A stretch of 62,834 bases of DNA from Lachnospiraceae bacterium. GTDB taxonomy: Bacteria > Bacillota > Clostridia > Lachnospirales > Lachnospiraceae. The notes beneath the pieces were generated by a model. The model worked only from the letters and a program-made list of their open reading frames with translations, had not been told where the DNA came from and made no database searches. The translations under genes were made by a program, and so were the position numbers. Where the stretch lies: assembly GCA_024680435.1 (NCBI GenBank), contig JAILCK010000001.1:1-62834 (forward strand). The letters run 5' to 3'. Positions 47,526 through 58,063 of this stretch are shown here, one piece after another (position 1 is the first letter of the stretch; every line of letters starts with the position of its first letter).

Positions 47526-48478
47526 GAATTTAGTCTATACTCTTTAGGCGATTGACCCACCTCTTTTTTAAAGAGCCTGTAAAAGTAGCTTGAATTATCG
47601 TATCCCACACACTCTCCTATATCGTTTATTGACATTTTTGTGTTTCTAAGAAGATACATTGCCTGGGAGAGTCTTTTCTTCTGGCATAAATCGGTATAGT
47701 TTAATCCCGTATTTTTCTTTATGAATCTACTAAGTTCATATTCGCTTTGACCTAAAATCTTTGCAAGTTCCCTTAGCTGTCCATCCTTATAGTTTTCTTC
47801 AATATATCTGTATACTTTCAAAAGCGCTTCATTGCTTGCGTTTTTCTTTCCGGTATATAGTTTCTCAGACATATTCATAAGCTGCAAAATCAAAAGCCCC
47901 ATTGTTATTTGATTTATGCTTCGCTTTTCCATCTGCTCATTTAAAATAGACCAAATAAGATTCTCAACCAGATTTTGGATAGGAAGAACATCAGCTACTT
48001 TAAAGTGCAAATATCCTATTCTGTCGTCTTTACCAAGCATGCAGTCCAAAATGAATGTCCTTATAGGATTTTCTTCCACCGCCATCATCTGTAAAGCCCT
48101 ATCAAAGAAAACAGGCTGCACGATGAAATTTACTGCTATATCATCTTTTCCCGCAGGCATTATCTCCTGTATGGCGTTTTGGTTTAAAAAGAGCAGCTCA
48201 CCTTCATTTAAAACAATCTTTTCACCATTAACAATATGTGTTGTGCTACCTTTGCACATATAGATTATCTCAACGTAATTATGAGAGTGGGCCGGAAAAT
48301 GCACAAACCTTGTATGGGGTCTAATATGAATAAGCTTCCCGGTTTCGAGAAGCTTATGTGAGTCGATGATATTCTCTTTAGAACCCATGTATAGGTTCAT
48401 ATCAACATCCCTACCATTTAGGATGTCTTGTTCTTCCTTAGTTATTTTTGAAAGAACGTCAATTATTTCACTCTTCAT
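47510..48478 (-). CDS. AraC family transcriptional regulator with cupin sensor domain
   Basis: HTRFVHFPAHSHNYVE cupin; C-terminal VGYDNSSYFYRLFKKEVGQSPKEYR. Confidence 0.9.
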   Translation of the reverse strand: MKSEIIDVLSKITKEEQDILNGRDVDMNLYMGSKENIIDSHKLLETGKLIHIRPHTRFVHFPAHSHNYVEIIYMCKGSTTHIVNGEKIVLNEGELLFLNQNAIQEIMPAGKDDIAVNFIVQPVFFDRALQMMAVEENPIRTFILDCMLGKDDRIGYLHFKVADVLPIQNLVENLIWSILNEQMEKRSINQITMGLLILQLMNMSEKLYTGKKNASNEALLKVYRYIEENYKDGQLRELAKILGQSEYELSRFIKKNTGLNYTDLCQKKRLSQAMYLLRNTKMSINDIGECVGYDNSSYFYRLFKKEVGQSPKEYRLNSQTPS

Positions 48479-48486
48479 TTTTCTTC

Positions 48487-49572
48487 CTATTCAAGTGAAT
48501 CCAAATACTTAATATAATTAACAACCATCAAAGCAATCTTAAAGGTCAAAGCATCATCAAAGGTCCTTACATCAAGGCCTGTAGCCTTTTCAAGCTTTTC
48601 AAGTCTGTAAACAAGAGTATTTCTGTGTACAAAAAGCTGTCTTGAGGTCTCTGATACATTAAGGTTATTTTCAAAGAATTTGTTTACGGTTGTAAGTATT
48701 TCCTCATCAATTGCATAAGGCATACCTTCTTTGAAAATTTCATCGATGAAGATATGGCAAAGGTTTTCGGGAAGCTGATAGATAAGTCTTCCGATTCCGA
48801 GAGAAGAATAAGAAATAACTTCTTTCTCCGCATAGAAAATCTTTCCGACGTCAAGTGCAAGCTTTGCTTCCTTGTAAGACTTTGATACATCCTTTAATTC
48901 ATTTACCTTAGTACCAAATGACACTCTTACTTTAAGCATCGCTTCGGTATTTAATATATCAACGATTGTCTTTGAAATATTGATTAAATCATCAATACCT
49001 GAACAATCCGTTACGTTCTTAATTAATATGATATTCTTTTCATCTACTGCCGTAAGATAATCTCCGGCCTGCTGTGAAAACATTCCTTTTAACACTTCCA
49101 TTGCGGAATTGTCTTTCTCAATTCTTGCTTCGATAAGGAACACAACTCTCGGAATATTTACATCTATGTGAAGCTTCTTTGCTCTGTTATAGATATCCAC
49201 AAGCAAAAGATTATCAAGCATAAGATTCTGGAAGAAATTGTTTCTGTCAAATCTTTCCTTGTATGCCACAATTAAAGCCTGAATCTGGGACACCGCAATC
49301 TTTGCAACCATGTATACATCTTCAGTCATTCCCTTTGCAACCAAAATATACTGAAGTTCATCTTCATCATATATTTTAAGCAGGTGATGTGCTCCTATAA
49401 CCTGAGAATCTGCAGGTGAAGCCACAAATGAACTTATAAAGTCGCTTGAAATATCTGTCGGCTCAAATGTCGATGCAATATTTATTCCATCCACATCAAA
49501 CACACAAAAATCAATTTTTGTAATAGTATGCAAATCATCTATACTGTTTTGAATTATCTGTCCGGTTATCAT
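48487..49572 (-). CDS. CdaR/PucR family transcriptional regulator
   Basis: SYKEA..AL, C-terminal NLNVSETSRQLFVHRNTLVYRLEK HTH. Confidence 0.9.
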   Translation of the reverse strand: MITGQIIQNSIDDLHTITKIDFCVFDVDGINIASTFEPTDISSDFISSFVASPADSQVIGAHHLLKIYDEDELQYILVAKGMTEDVYMVAKIAVSQIQALIVAYKERFDRNNFFQNLMLDNLLLVDIYNRAKKLHIDVNIPRVVFLIEARIEKDNSAMEVLKGMFSQQAGDYLTAVDEKNIILIKNVTDCSGIDDLINISKTIVDILNTEAMLKVRVSFGTKVNELKDVSKSYKEAKLALDVGKIFYAEKEVISYSSLGIGRLIYQLPENLCHIFIDEIFKEGMPYAIDEEILTTVNKFFENNLNVSETSRQLFVHRNTLVYRLEKLEKATGLDVRTFDDALTFKIALMVVNYIKYLDSLE

Positions 49573-49654
49573 GAGTATCCTCCACTTTACTAACAATTAT
49601 AGCATACTTCATTATATTACAATAATTTTAATCATACGCAAATTAAACTTTTGT

Positions 49655-49687
49655 AAAAAAATAAGGCATCGGCAAACGCCGATGCCT
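49655..49687 (-). terminator. Intrinsic terminator after the ABC ATPase gene
   Basis: AGGCATCGGC-AAAC-GCCGATGCCT with a U-run on the minus strand. Confidence 0.75.
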
Positions 49688-49696
49688 AAATTTTTA

Positions 49697-50809
49697 CTAG
49701 TTGGTAATAACCTGTTCTGTTTCCTTATCGAATACGTGAATCTTTTCAACGTCAAGAGCGAACTTGATTGAATCGCCGGGTCTTGATGTTGTTCTTGAAT
49801 CAACTCTTGCTGTGATAGGGAACTCAGCAAGATCGAAGTATAAGTAAACTTCTGCACCAAGTAATTCGTAAACCTTAACGGTTGATTCGAATACGCTCTG
49901 AGGTGATGCTTCGATAAACATCTGTGAATCGTAAACATCTTCAGGACGGATACCGAATGTAACGGTCTTTCCGTTGTAACCGCCATCAATAAGCTTCTTA
50001 GACTTTGCAGGAGGAAGAGCAATTGCCTTACCTGCGATGTTCAAGTAAGCAACGTCACCCTTAACTTCTACTACAGCATCAAGGAAGTTCATCTGAGGTG
50101 ATCCCATGAATCCTGCAACGAAGAGGTTGCAAGGCTTCTCGTAAAGGTTCTGAGGTGTGTCAACCTGCTGGATAACACCATCCTTCATAACTACGATTCT
50201 GGTACCAAGTGTCATAGCTTCTGTCTGGTCATGTGTAACGTAGATGATGGTGGTACCAAGTCTCTGGTGTAACTTAGCGATCTCAATTCTCATCTGTACA
50301 CGAAGCTTTGCATCAAGGTTTGAAAGAGGTTCGTCCATAAGGAATACCTTAGGGTTACGAACGATAGCACGTCCCATAGCAACACGCTGTCTCTGTCCAC
50401 CTGACAAAGCCTTGGGTCTTCTGTCAAGAAGGGGTGTTAAGTCAAGAATCTTAGCAGCTTCCTTAACCATCTTATCGATTTCGTCCTTAGGAACCTTTCT
50501 TAACTTAAGACCAAATGCCATATTGTCATATACTGACATATGAGGGTACAATGCGTAGTTCTGGAAAACCATCGCAATATCTCTATCCTTAGGTTCTACG
50601 TCATTTACTACTCTGTCACCAATCTTTAATTCGCCGGAAGAAATATCTTCAAGGCCGGCAATCATACGAAGTGTTGTAGATTTACCACATCCTGAAGGTC
50701 CAACGAAGATGATGAATTCTTTATCTGCAATTTCAAGGTTGAAGTCTTTAACAGCTTCAAAACCGTTGGGATATATTTTGCAGATGTTTTTCATTGATAA
50801 ACTTGCCAT
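49697..50809 (-). CDS. msmX: Stand-alone sugar ABC transporter ATPase (MsmX/MsmK type)
   Basis: GPSGCGKST, MVFQNYALYPHM, LSGGQRQRVAMGRA, DEPLSNLDAKLR, YVTHDQ, C-terminal TOBE domain. Confidence 0.9.
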   Translation of the reverse strand: MASLSMKNICKIYPNGFEAVKDFNLEIADKEFIIFVGPSGCGKSTTLRMIAGLEDISSGELKIGDRVVNDVEPKDRDIAMVFQNYALYPHMSVYDNMAFGLKLRKVPKDEIDKMVKEAAKILDLTPLLDRRPKALSGGQRQRVAMGRAIVRNPKVFLMDEPLSNLDAKLRVQMRIEIAKLHQRLGTTIIYVTHDQTEAMTLGTRIVVMKDGVIQQVDTPQNLYEKPCNLFVAGFMGSPQMNFLDAVVEVKGDVAYLNIAGKAIALPPAKSKKLIDGGYNGKTVTFGIRPEDVYDSQMFIEASPQSVFESTVKVYELLGAEVYLYFDLAEFPITARVDSRTTSRPGDSIKFALDVEKIHVFDKETEQVITN

Positions 50810-51016
50810 AATTATCCTCCTAGTTTGTTACGGGGACTTAACTACCCCAGTCAACCTGCTAACAGTATATAAAAAATACTGCTTTAAAACCATGCTAGTT
50901 TTAACCAAATTTTAATCATCAACTTGTAACTATTGCCAATTTTAAAGCTCATCCCTTTTTTTGCTAGTCAGCTTTAATAAAGGATGAGCTTTTATGTGTA
51001 CATATTCAACAAATTT

Positions 51017-52495
51017 TTATCTTTTTACGTCTTCATTGTAGAAAGCAAGTTGATTTTTTCCACGTTTTTTCGCCTTATATAAGGCTTGATCCGCCGCAAC
51101 ATATAAGTCTTTAAAAGTCTTAGCGTCATCAGGATAGATGGCTGCACCTATACTTGCGGTTGCAGAATACTTAACGTAGTCTCCTCCTGCTTTAAAATCA
51201 TGGAAAAACTTCGTGATTCTGTTGGCTTCTCTCTCAACCGTCAAATCATCGTTTACATCCTTTAAAAATACCATGAATTCATCTCCGCCGGTTCTTCCGA
51301 TTATGTCGGTCATTCTAAACTCGGTTTTGATTTCTTTGCCAAGAGTTCTAAGCAATGTATCTCCAAAGGCATGTCCCATCGTGTCGTTGATCTTTTTAAA
51401 ATTGTCTATATCAAGAATGAACATCATTGCCCGTCCGTTTGGATAAGCTTCAATGTATTCCTGTATTTTTCTTTCCGTAGCGGATTTATTGTTAAGCTCC
51501 GTAAGAAGGTCGGTGTCTGCCTTATCTTCAAGCACCTTGCCTCTTTCTTTGTATTTAACGGAGTTAAACACAAGCGTTGTAACAACGAATGCGGCAAATA
51601 CCAATATTACTACCGACAGCTTAATTACCGTATTCTTTACGTTTGCAAAGAAACCTGATGACATTTTGTCTATCTGTGACTGTCTTACGCCGTAGTATAA
51701 ACAATAGGTACTGCTTCCTATGGGAGCAGCCGCTATAGTCCTTGCATCTTCTTTATATACCGCCTCCAAAGCGGATGCTTTTCCGTTAAAAAGCCTTACT
51801 TTAAATACGTTAAAATCTTCTCTTGAAACCACACTTTCTTCAATATTATCAAGCACATTTTCGCCTGATAAAAACATACTGTCCGAGTCTTGGTGGTTTA
51901 AAAACTTCCCGTAAATCTTTCCTTCTTTATCCGTTAAAGCAAGAAAAGAAACCTCCTCATATCCTTCTCTGTAAAACTTTGATGACACGTCTTTAAAAGA
52001 GAAAGCACAAAGAACACATTCCTTTTTTCCTTCAATTGGCACCATAGCTGCCACATAAGTATCCGGGTTTTCTTCGTCCGTTGAGTACAACACGAAAAAT
52101 TCCCTTTTTGAAGGAATGGTTACGTCCGATAAGTCCAAAGAAACTATTCTGTTTCCCGTTTCATTTACGGCTCGTTTATCTTCGTTGTAAAAAATGATTG
52201 TTTTGAGATCGGATTTTTCCACCGCAAGCTTTGCATATTCTTTTGCGGTTTTGTCGCTGTCTTTAGCCAAGGCCGCAACAATCAAGCCAATACTCTTGGC
52301 TTCATCCATCTCTCCTTCCATGCGCGCCGCCCATTCCTTTGTACTGTACGCAAGCCTATCCCGACTATAATCCTTAGAATTAACTTTACCCTCGCCCACA
52401 AACTTAACTATAAGAAAAAAGATAATAATAACAAAAGCAGCGCCGATAAGCGTCCATGAGAGGGCCGAATTTCTTATCTGCTTGTTTTCTTCCAT
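51017..52495 (-). CDS. Membrane-bound diguanylate cyclase (two TMs, extracellular sensor, GGDEF)
   Basis: DLLTELNN, DIDNFKKINDTMGHAFGD, RMTD I-site, GRTGGDEF, ADQALYKAK..GKN. Confidence 0.92.
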   Translation of the reverse strand: MEENKQIRNSALSWTLIGAAFVIIIFFLIVKFVGEGKVNSKDYSRDRLAYSTKEWAARMEGEMDEAKSIGLIVAALAKDSDKTAKEYAKLAVEKSDLKTIIFYNEDKRAVNETGNRIVSLDLSDVTIPSKREFFVLYSTDEENPDTYVAAMVPIEGKKECVLCAFSFKDVSSKFYREGYEEVSFLALTDKEGKIYGKFLNHQDSDSMFLSGENVLDNIEESVVSREDFNVFKVRLFNGKASALEAVYKEDARTIAAAPIGSSTYCLYYGVRQSQIDKMSSGFFANVKNTVIKLSVVILVFAAFVVTTLVFNSVKYKERGKVLEDKADTDLLTELNNKSATERKIQEYIEAYPNGRAMMFILDIDNFKKINDTMGHAFGDTLLRTLGKEIKTEFRMTDIIGRTGGDEFMVFLKDVNDDLTVEREANRITKFFHDFKAGGDYVKYSATASIGAAIYPDDAKTFKDLYVAADQALYKAKKRGKNQLAFYNEDVKR

Positions 52496-53238
52496 TACTC
52501 CTCCGTCTTATCAGAATTGTCAGTATCCGTTTCTATGGTTTCTTTTTCCCCTTCAGTTTCTTCGGTTCCGCCTACGCTCCAAGAGAAATCATCATTCGTG
52601 CTTTGTGTTTCAGGTTCGAATCTCTTAAAGGTTTTGCTGTATAATTTCGCGCTTAAATAAGCAGGAAGCGAAATCCAGAAAAGCACCGTCAAAGGTATTA
52701 AGAACGATGCAGTTTCAAAACGCTCCACAAAATAAATAATTGCCCATGGGAAAACTCTTAATGCCACCATGAGAATGGTTCTTGGTAATGCCAAAATGCT
52801 CATAAAGAAAGCATTTTTTATTGTTGCACCCGTCTTATTGTCAAAGTGTGACAATACGGGGAAAACATACAACCCGGTAAAGAGCAAAAATACTACCGCA
52901 GCAATTACACCTGCCACAATAATAGGCTTCGGAAGTGCGCCCGTGTAAGCGGCAAGCACTTTGTAATCAACGTAGAAAACACATAAAATGGCCAATATTA
53001 TAAGCCATATAACCGTTGCCTGTTTAAAGTTTCTTTTAAAGGATTTAAAGAAGTCTTTTGTGATATAGCCTTCCTCATCACGCACCATTTTTAAGCACAC
53101 GTAATGAAGCGCCGTAAAAGAAGCCCCCGCAGTAATGATAGGTATACTGCATACTACCGTAAGAATGTTCAACCACAAAATATCGGTCATTCTGCTTAAA
53201 AATTTCATCAAAGGGCTGTCAAGATTAAAAAATTTCAT
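52495..53238 (-). CDS. DUF624 (YesL-like) membrane protein
   Basis: DILWLNIL....SIPIITAGASFTAL, FFKSFKRNFKQAT. Confidence 0.85.
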   Translation of the reverse strand: MKFFNLDSPLMKFLSRMTDILWLNILTVVCSIPIITAGASFTALHYVCLKMVRDEEGYITKDFFKSFKRNFKQATVIWLIILAILCVFYVDYKVLAAYTGALPKPIIVAGVIAAVVFLLFTGLYVFPVLSHFDNKTGATIKNAFFMSILALPRTILMVALRVFPWAIIYFVERFETASFLIPLTVLFWISLPAYLSAKLYSKTFKRFEPETQSTNDDFSWSVGGTEETEGEKETIETDTDNSDKTEE

Positions 53239-53261
53239 TTCCTGTTTGTCTCTCTTTTCAT

Positions 53262-54509
53262 TTATTTCATTTGCTTATATGTAATTTCGTAATTGCTTTG
53301 AAGCTTTCTGTACATAGTAAGCATTTCATCAGATTTGACCTTTACGCCTTCCATGATTGAGTCATAGTACGTAACGGCTACTCTGACAATTTCTTTATTC
53401 AGTCGGCCTTTTTCGGCTTCTTCCCTAAGAATGTTAAGCACCAATTCCTTGGGCTTTGGCTCTCTGTAACTTCTTGGGCTTGTAAGACCGGTTATTGTGT
53501 CCGCAACCTGCAATATTCTTTGGAGGACATTCATCTGATAGTCTTTTAGTTTGTTTGGATATCCTGATCCGTCACCTCTTTCGTGGTGTGCCATGATTAT
53601 TTCCAAAACGCTGTCGTCTAAACGTCCCTTTAATATTTCCTCACCGATTTCAACGTGCTTTCTGAGGGTTGCCATTTCTTCATCGGAGAGTTTTCTTGGT
53701 GCTTCCACTATTTCACGCGAAATAGCGCACATTCCCGCATCGTGGAACAAGGCGGCATAAAACAAGTCATCTTCTTCATCCTTGGAGATTGAAAGTTTTT
53801 CGCCGATTGAAGATGCGATATGCGAGCATGTTACGGTATCAAACATTGTATATTCGCTTCTGAAACCAACGCAATACATTAGTCCCAAAAGCATTTCTTT
53901 CTTTTCTTCATTTGTAAAAATCAAATATTCATATAGCTCATCAAGCTCTTTTTTGTATTCACCGCTTGATAATTTGCTGAATACCGAATACTTCTTTTCA
54001 GCCTGATACAAAAGCTCCAAGGCTTTTGGAGAATACTTGATTCCTGACTGCTTTTGAAGCATTTGATAGTCAAAGTTTGAACCTAAAATATTTGAATAAA
54101 GGTCCATCTTTTCAGCCACATTCAAGCAGTCGATTATATCGTTAAATTCATAGTCCTTTTTAGGAAGCTGATTAAAGTCGGTATGATGATAAAGCAATAT
54201 TTTTGCCCTATCTTTAAAGGGTGTTAAATAAAGCAAAAACAAATACCCGTAAATAGAGTGGGGCATGTAATCTTTTGTCTCATACTGAAGCTGATCCTGC
54301 ATATAGTTTGTACGAAACGCCCCTATATCATGCATGGTTGCTATAAATGCGAATTCGGCAACTTCATACATTTCATATTTGTCCATGACTTGTAGCATCT
54401 TATACAAAATATAAGATGTTCTTGTACCATGGTTCATGACCTTAGGGTCAAGACACTTAAATACATCACGCACTATATAGTAAATATCTTTACTGTGGAG
54501 CAACTTCAT
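53262..54509 (-). CDS. Tandem HD / HD-GYP phosphodiesterase
   Basis: N-terminal MHDIG, H...GY, YHH; C-terminal FHDAG, HHERGDGSGYP, QVAD, RSYR. Confidence 0.85.
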   Translation of the reverse strand: MKLLHSKDIYYIVRDVFKCLDPKVMNHGTRTSYILYKMLQVMDKYEMYEVAEFAFIATMHDIGAFRTNYMQDQLQYETKDYMPHSIYGYLFLLYLTPFKDRAKILLYHHTDFNQLPKKDYEFNDIIDCLNVAEKMDLYSNILGSNFDYQMLQKQSGIKYSPKALELLYQAEKKYSVFSKLSSGEYKKELDELYEYLIFTNEEKKEMLLGLMYCVGFRSEYTMFDTVTCSHIASSIGEKLSISKDEEDDLFYAALFHDAGMCAISREIVEAPRKLSDEEMATLRKHVEIGEEILKGRLDDSVLEIIMAHHERGDGSGYPNKLKDYQMNVLQRILQVADTITGLTSPRSYREPKPKELVLNILREEAEKGRLNKEIVRVAVTYYDSIMEGVKVKSDEMLTMYRKLQSNYEITYKQMK

Positions 54510-54525
54510 AAGAAAACCCCCAAGT

Positions 54526-55002
54526 TTATCTTTCGATTTTTTTATTTACTACCATCGGCTGAAACACTATTCCATCCGCTTTCTTCATTTCATCGGATTT
54601 TATAAACCCGATTTTTTCGTAAAAGCCTACCGCGAAGGGCGCAGCATTTACGGTCATTTCTGTTTCACCCTTAGGAAGCGAATCCTGCAAGAATGAAAGA
54701 AGTGCTTTTCCTACCCCTGTCCTATGATACCTTTCATCAACAAACAAAAGCGATATATGATTTTTACTTCTTAAACTTGCCACCCCGATTATATCATTTT
54801 GGTCTTTAGCAACTATTACCTTATAATCTCCGTTTTTAAACATTTCAAAAAGCTTTTCGCTGCTTACAAATTCAAGAAAAGAATCTGTTCCCTCTTTTCC
54901 GTATTCTGAGGCTTCAAACTTAAGAAAGGTTTTCCATGAAAGCTCCATTGCGGGCTCCCAGTCTGAAATGGAGGCATTTGATATCGCTATGTTTTTATCC
55001 AT
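54526..55002 (-). CDS. GNAT family acetyltransferase
   Basis: HISLLFVDERYHRTGVGKAL, VNAAPFAVGFYEKIGF. Confidence 0.88.
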   Translation of the reverse strand: MDKNIAISNASISDWEPAMELSWKTFLKFEASEYGKEGTDSFLEFVSSEKLFEMFKNGDYKVIVAKDQNDIIGVASLRSKNHISLLFVDERYHRTGVGKALLSFLQDSLPKGETEMTVNAAPFAVGFYEKIGFIKSDEMKKADGIVFQPMVVNKKIER

Positions 55003-55925
55003 TATTCTTTAACAATCCAATTGTAAATGTCGTTATAAACGGTATCTTTATCTTTTTCGTTAAGTATTTCGTGCCTGTCGTTTTCGTAAAGCTTTAATTC
55101 AACTCGCTGCATGCCCTGAGAAAGAAACTGTTCATATACCTTTTTAGGCCCCTGAGAATAATCACCTACAGGGTCTTTTGCACCGCTTGTGATTAGTACT
55201 CTTAAAGTAACCGGCATCTTAGAAAGATTCTTTTCTTTATACAATCGCCAAATAAGTTCTGCCAAAGTCTTAAAGCCGTTGCCTGTAAAGGTAAAACCAC
55301 ATCTTTTATCGGCAATGTACTTTTCAACCGTCTTTTCATCTGAGGAAAGCCAGTCGGCAGGAGTCTTTGGATTTTCTATTTTACTTAGATAGCTTCCGAA
55401 AGACATTTTATTTATTCCGTTGCAAGGCTTTTTGCTTTTTCCGAACAAACAAGCAAGTGCAGATGCAATTTTAAGCCCCACCACCATAAACTTAGGCTGC
55501 ATTCCGGTTCCCATGATAATGGCACCGTCTATGCCTTTTCCGTATCTGAATAAATAGTTTCTGAGAATAAAAGAACCCATAGAATGTCCGAGGATATAAA
55601 AAGGAAGCCCCGGATAGAGTTCCTGCGTGATTTTTTTAAGACGATGAACGTCTCTTACCACAACGGTTGCGGGGTCTTGCTTACAAAAGTATCCGTAGAG
55701 GCCGTCGGTAACACTTTCTCCGTGTCCCAAATGGTCATCTGCAGTTACCAAAAATCCCTTCTCCGTCATGAATTTTGCAAAATCTTCATACCTGTCCACA
55801 TGCTCTGCCATTCCGTGAACAATCTGAAGAATTCCTACCGGTTTCTCGGTATCCGGAATCCATCTTACCGCATGAATTTTGCTTACATTATCCCTCGAGT
55901 CAAAAAAGAAATCTTCTCTTTTCAT
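55002..55925 (-). CDS. Alpha/beta hydrolase (lysophospholipase-like)
   Basis: QIVHGMAEH..RY, DHLGHGES, GHSMG, SGAKDPVG, RHEILNE. Confidence 0.9.
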   Translation of the reverse strand: MKREDFFFDSRDNVSKIHAVRWIPDTEKPVGILQIVHGMAEHVDRYEDFAKFMTEKGFLVTADDHLGHGESVTDGLYGYFCKQDPATVVVRDVHRLKKITQELYPGLPFYILGHSMGSFILRNYLFRYGKGIDGAIIMGTGMQPKFMVVGLKIASALACLFGKSKKPCNGINKMSFGSYLSKIENPKTPADWLSSDEKTVEKYIADKRCGFTFTGNGFKTLAELIWRLYKEKNLSKMPVTLRVLITSGAKDPVGDYSQGPKKVYEQFLSQGMQRVELKLYENDRHEILNEKDKDTVYNDIYNWIVKE

Positions 55926-56019
55926 TTATGCCCCCATAAATATACTTATACAGAATTTATTATATCCCAACATGTGTCTTTAAGCAATAAAAAGGGAGAC
56001 CTTGGTACCATTAAATAAA

Positions 56020-56056
56020 TATAAAGAAGGTCAAAAGAATTAATCTTTTGACCTTC
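56020..56056 (-). terminator. Hairpin/terminator after metG
   Basis: GAAGGTCAAAAGA-N5-TCTTTTGACCTTC. Confidence 0.65.
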
Positions 56057-56072
56057 AATAAAACATTCAATA

Positions 56073-58049
56073 CTATGCTATTTCAGAGCCTGCAGGGAAA
56101 TCTTTTTCAGGAGTCATAAGTGCAAGATTTCCGTCGGGATCTTCTGCGCAAAGAAGCATTCCTTCAGACAAAACTCCTGCCAGGGTTGCGGGCTTTAAGT
56201 TAACCAAAACCATTACCTTTTTTCCAACCATTTCTTCGGCTGAATAGTGCTGCTTTATTCCGGAAACGATCTGCTTAACCTGATTTCCAATTTTAACCTG
56301 TGAGCAAAGAAGCTTCTTTGACTTAGGCACTTCTTCACACTTAATGATTTCACCTACGGCAAACTGAAGCTTTGCAAAATCATCATATGTTATTTCGGGA
56401 GCAACCTTTAATTCAATTTCAGGGCCTTCTTCCTTATTTTCTTCTTCAGACACGCCCGCTTCTGCCATCTGAATCTTGGCGATTCTTTCGGCTTCTTTGT
56501 ACACATCGTTAATATCAAGACGGGCAAATAAGATTTCGGGAGTCTTTGTAATTACTGTCTTGTTTTCAAAAAGACCGAACTTATCAAGTGTATCGAAATC
56601 TCTTAAAGAAGTATTTAACTGAGCAGCAATCTTTTCTGAGGTTTCCGGTAAGAAAGGCCAAAGAAGGCTTGCGCCGATTGTAATTCCTTCGCAAAGGTTG
56701 TAAAGAACTGTAGACAGTCTCTCCTCCTTTGCTTCATCTTTTGCAAGCACCCAGGGCTCTGTTTCATCAATGTACTTATTGCATCTTTTAAAGAGTGTAA
56801 AGATTTCGGAAATGGCATCTGCCACATGAAGATCTTCCATCTTTTCTTCGACTCTTTTATAAGTATTTGTGCAAACAGCTTTTAAGTCATCGTCAACAGT
56901 TTCGTTAACGTTCTTGTTTTCTACCACGCCGTCAAAGTACTTATTGCTCATTGAGATGGTTCTGTTTACAAGGTTACCAAGAACGTTTGCTAAATCTGCG
57001 TTTGTTCTTTCTGTCATAAGATCCCATGTGATGGAACCGTCGTTTTCAAAAGGCATCTCGTGGATTAAGAAGTATCTTACCGCATCCACACCAAAGAATT
57101 TTGCAAGGTCATCGGCATACAAAACGTTTCCTTTTGACTTACTCATCTTTCCTTCACCTGCAAGAAGCCAAGGATGTCCGAATACCTGCTTGGGTAAGGG
57201 CTCTCCCAAAGCCATTAAGAAAATGGGCCAGTAGATTGTATGGAATCTAACGATATCCTTACCGATTAAGTGAAGGTCTGCAGGCCAAAACTTCTTATAA
57301 AGGTCTGAGTGATTTCCGTCTGCATCATAGCCAATTCCTGTGATGTAGTTTGTCAAAGCATCAAGCCAAACATAAACCACATGCTTATCATCAAAATCAA
57401 CGGGAATACCCCACTTAAACGATGTTCTTGATACGCAAAGGTCCTGAAGACCCGGTAACAAGAAGTTATTCATCATTTCGTTCTTTCTTGAAACAGGCTG
57501 AATGAATTCAGGATGTGTGTTAATGTGTTCAATCAATCTGTCGGCATATTTACTCATCTTAAAGAAATATGCTTCTTCTTTTGCAGGTTTAACTTCTCTT
57601 CCGCAATCGGGACATTTTCCGTTTACAAGCTGAGATTCTGTCCAGAAAGATTCGCAAGGTGTGCAATATAAGCCTTCATATGCGCCCTTATAAATGTCGC
57701 CCTGGTCGTAGAGCTTTTTGAAAATCTTCTGAACCTGCTTTTCATGATAGTCATCCGTTGTACGAATAAACTTATCGTATGAACAGTTTAAGCAATCGCA
57801 GATATCCTTAATCTCTCCCGCAACCTGATCCACAAACTGCTTGGGAGTAAGGCCTGCTTCTTCTGCTTTCTTTTCATTCTTCTGACCGTGCTCGTCTGTT
57901 CCTGTCTGGAAGAAAACATCATAGCCATCTTTTCTCTTATATCTTGCTATTGCATCGGCAAGAACGATTTCATAGCTGTTTCCGATGTGTGGCTTACCGG
58001 AAGTATAGGCTATGGCAGTCGTAATGTAATACTTTCCCTTATTTTTCAT
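56073..58049 (-). CDS. metG: Methionine--tRNA ligase
   Basis: HIGN (HIGH), TGTDEHGQK, KMSKSKGN, C-terminal tRNA-binding domain. Confidence 0.98.
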   Translation of the reverse strand: MKNKGKYYITTAIAYTSGKPHIGNSYEIVLADAIARYKRKDGYDVFFQTGTDEHGQKNEKKAEEAGLTPKQFVDQVAGEIKDICDCLNCSYDKFIRTTDDYHEKQVQKIFKKLYDQGDIYKGAYEGLYCTPCESFWTESQLVNGKCPDCGREVKPAKEEAYFFKMSKYADRLIEHINTHPEFIQPVSRKNEMMNNFLLPGLQDLCVSRTSFKWGIPVDFDDKHVVYVWLDALTNYITGIGYDADGNHSDLYKKFWPADLHLIGKDIVRFHTIYWPIFLMALGEPLPKQVFGHPWLLAGEGKMSKSKGNVLYADDLAKFFGVDAVRYFLIHEMPFENDGSITWDLMTERTNADLANVLGNLVNRTISMSNKYFDGVVENKNVNETVDDDLKAVCTNTYKRVEEKMEDLHVADAISEIFTLFKRCNKYIDETEPWVLAKDEAKEERLSTVLYNLCEGITIGASLLWPFLPETSEKIAAQLNTSLRDFDTLDKFGLFENKTVITKTPEILFARLDINDVYKEAERIAKIQMAEAGVSEEENKEEGPEIELKVAPEITYDDFAKLQFAVGEIIKCEEVPKSKKLLCSQVKIGNQVKQIVSGIKQHYSAEEMVGKKVMVLVNLKPATLAGVLSEGMLLCAEDPDGNLALMTPEKDFPAGSEIA

Positions 58050-58063
58050 TTTCTCCTCCTAAT

